Positions 33,701-33,959 of a stretch of DNA of 33,959 nt are shown here, one piece after another. The stretch's first letter is position 1, and the number at the start of each line of letters is the position of its first letter. Under the pieces are notes generated by a model. That model was not told where the DNA came from and made no database searches. It was given only the letters and a program-made list of their open reading frames with translations. Origin of the DNA: Octopus sinensis (Eukaryota); contig NW_021831953.1 of the NCBI RefSeq assembly GCF_006345805.1, positions 1-33,959 on the forward strand, written 5' to 3'. The translations under genes were made by a program, and so were the position numbers.

Positions 33701-33959
33701 GCCAACGCGCGGTCATACATTAATATATACGTATCAGATATTGTATATTTTGGCAGCGAACAAAATCCCTTAAATTTCGGCGTAAAAAAAAACAGATATC
33801 TCAACGAACGAATCTCTGTATACGAACACACATACATACAGCCATTATCATACACAAAGCTTAGCGACTTGTTACATACATAATCACACACATTAAATAA
33901 AGACATTATACCACAGATACGTTTTACAATAAATTATGCCGAAAGACATATTGCCTTGT

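Noticed and set aside
819-33906. Dozens of YI/HT/CV/LS-rich ORFs in the track
   Set aside because: They are translations of (TA)n, (CA)n, (TC)n and (TATC)n microsatellites, not genes.

Overview
AT-rich, repeat-saturated eukaryotic DNA with no confidently identifiable host gene. It looks intronic or intergenic. The SINE/MITE repertoire resembles what I recall from octopus (cephalopod) genomes; that taxonomic call is recognition, not a search result. Almost all ORFs in the supplied track are translations of microsatellites ((TA)n, (CA)n, (CAT)n, (GATA)n) or SINEs. Contents: about 20 tRNA-derived SINE copies from four head types, here called A, B, C (CORE-like) and D (Deu/Nin-like), with interchangeable tails; a young CR1/L2-like LINE 3' end whose tail matches SINE C; degraded relics of a Penelope GIY-YIG endonuclease, an R4/Dong-like LINE (RT core and C-terminus), an APE endonuclease and possibly a Tc1/mariner transposase; three copies of a GG-ended MITE with 8-bp target-site duplications (TSDs); a TTAA piggyBac-type MITE; two Helentron/HINE-like elements; and three long fold-back palindromes. 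The most notable items are a minimal type-I hammerhead ribozyme motif at 19417-19451, a complete 2x2 head/tail shuffle among SINEs A and B, and a single-headed SINE tetramer enclosed by a 19-bp TSD.
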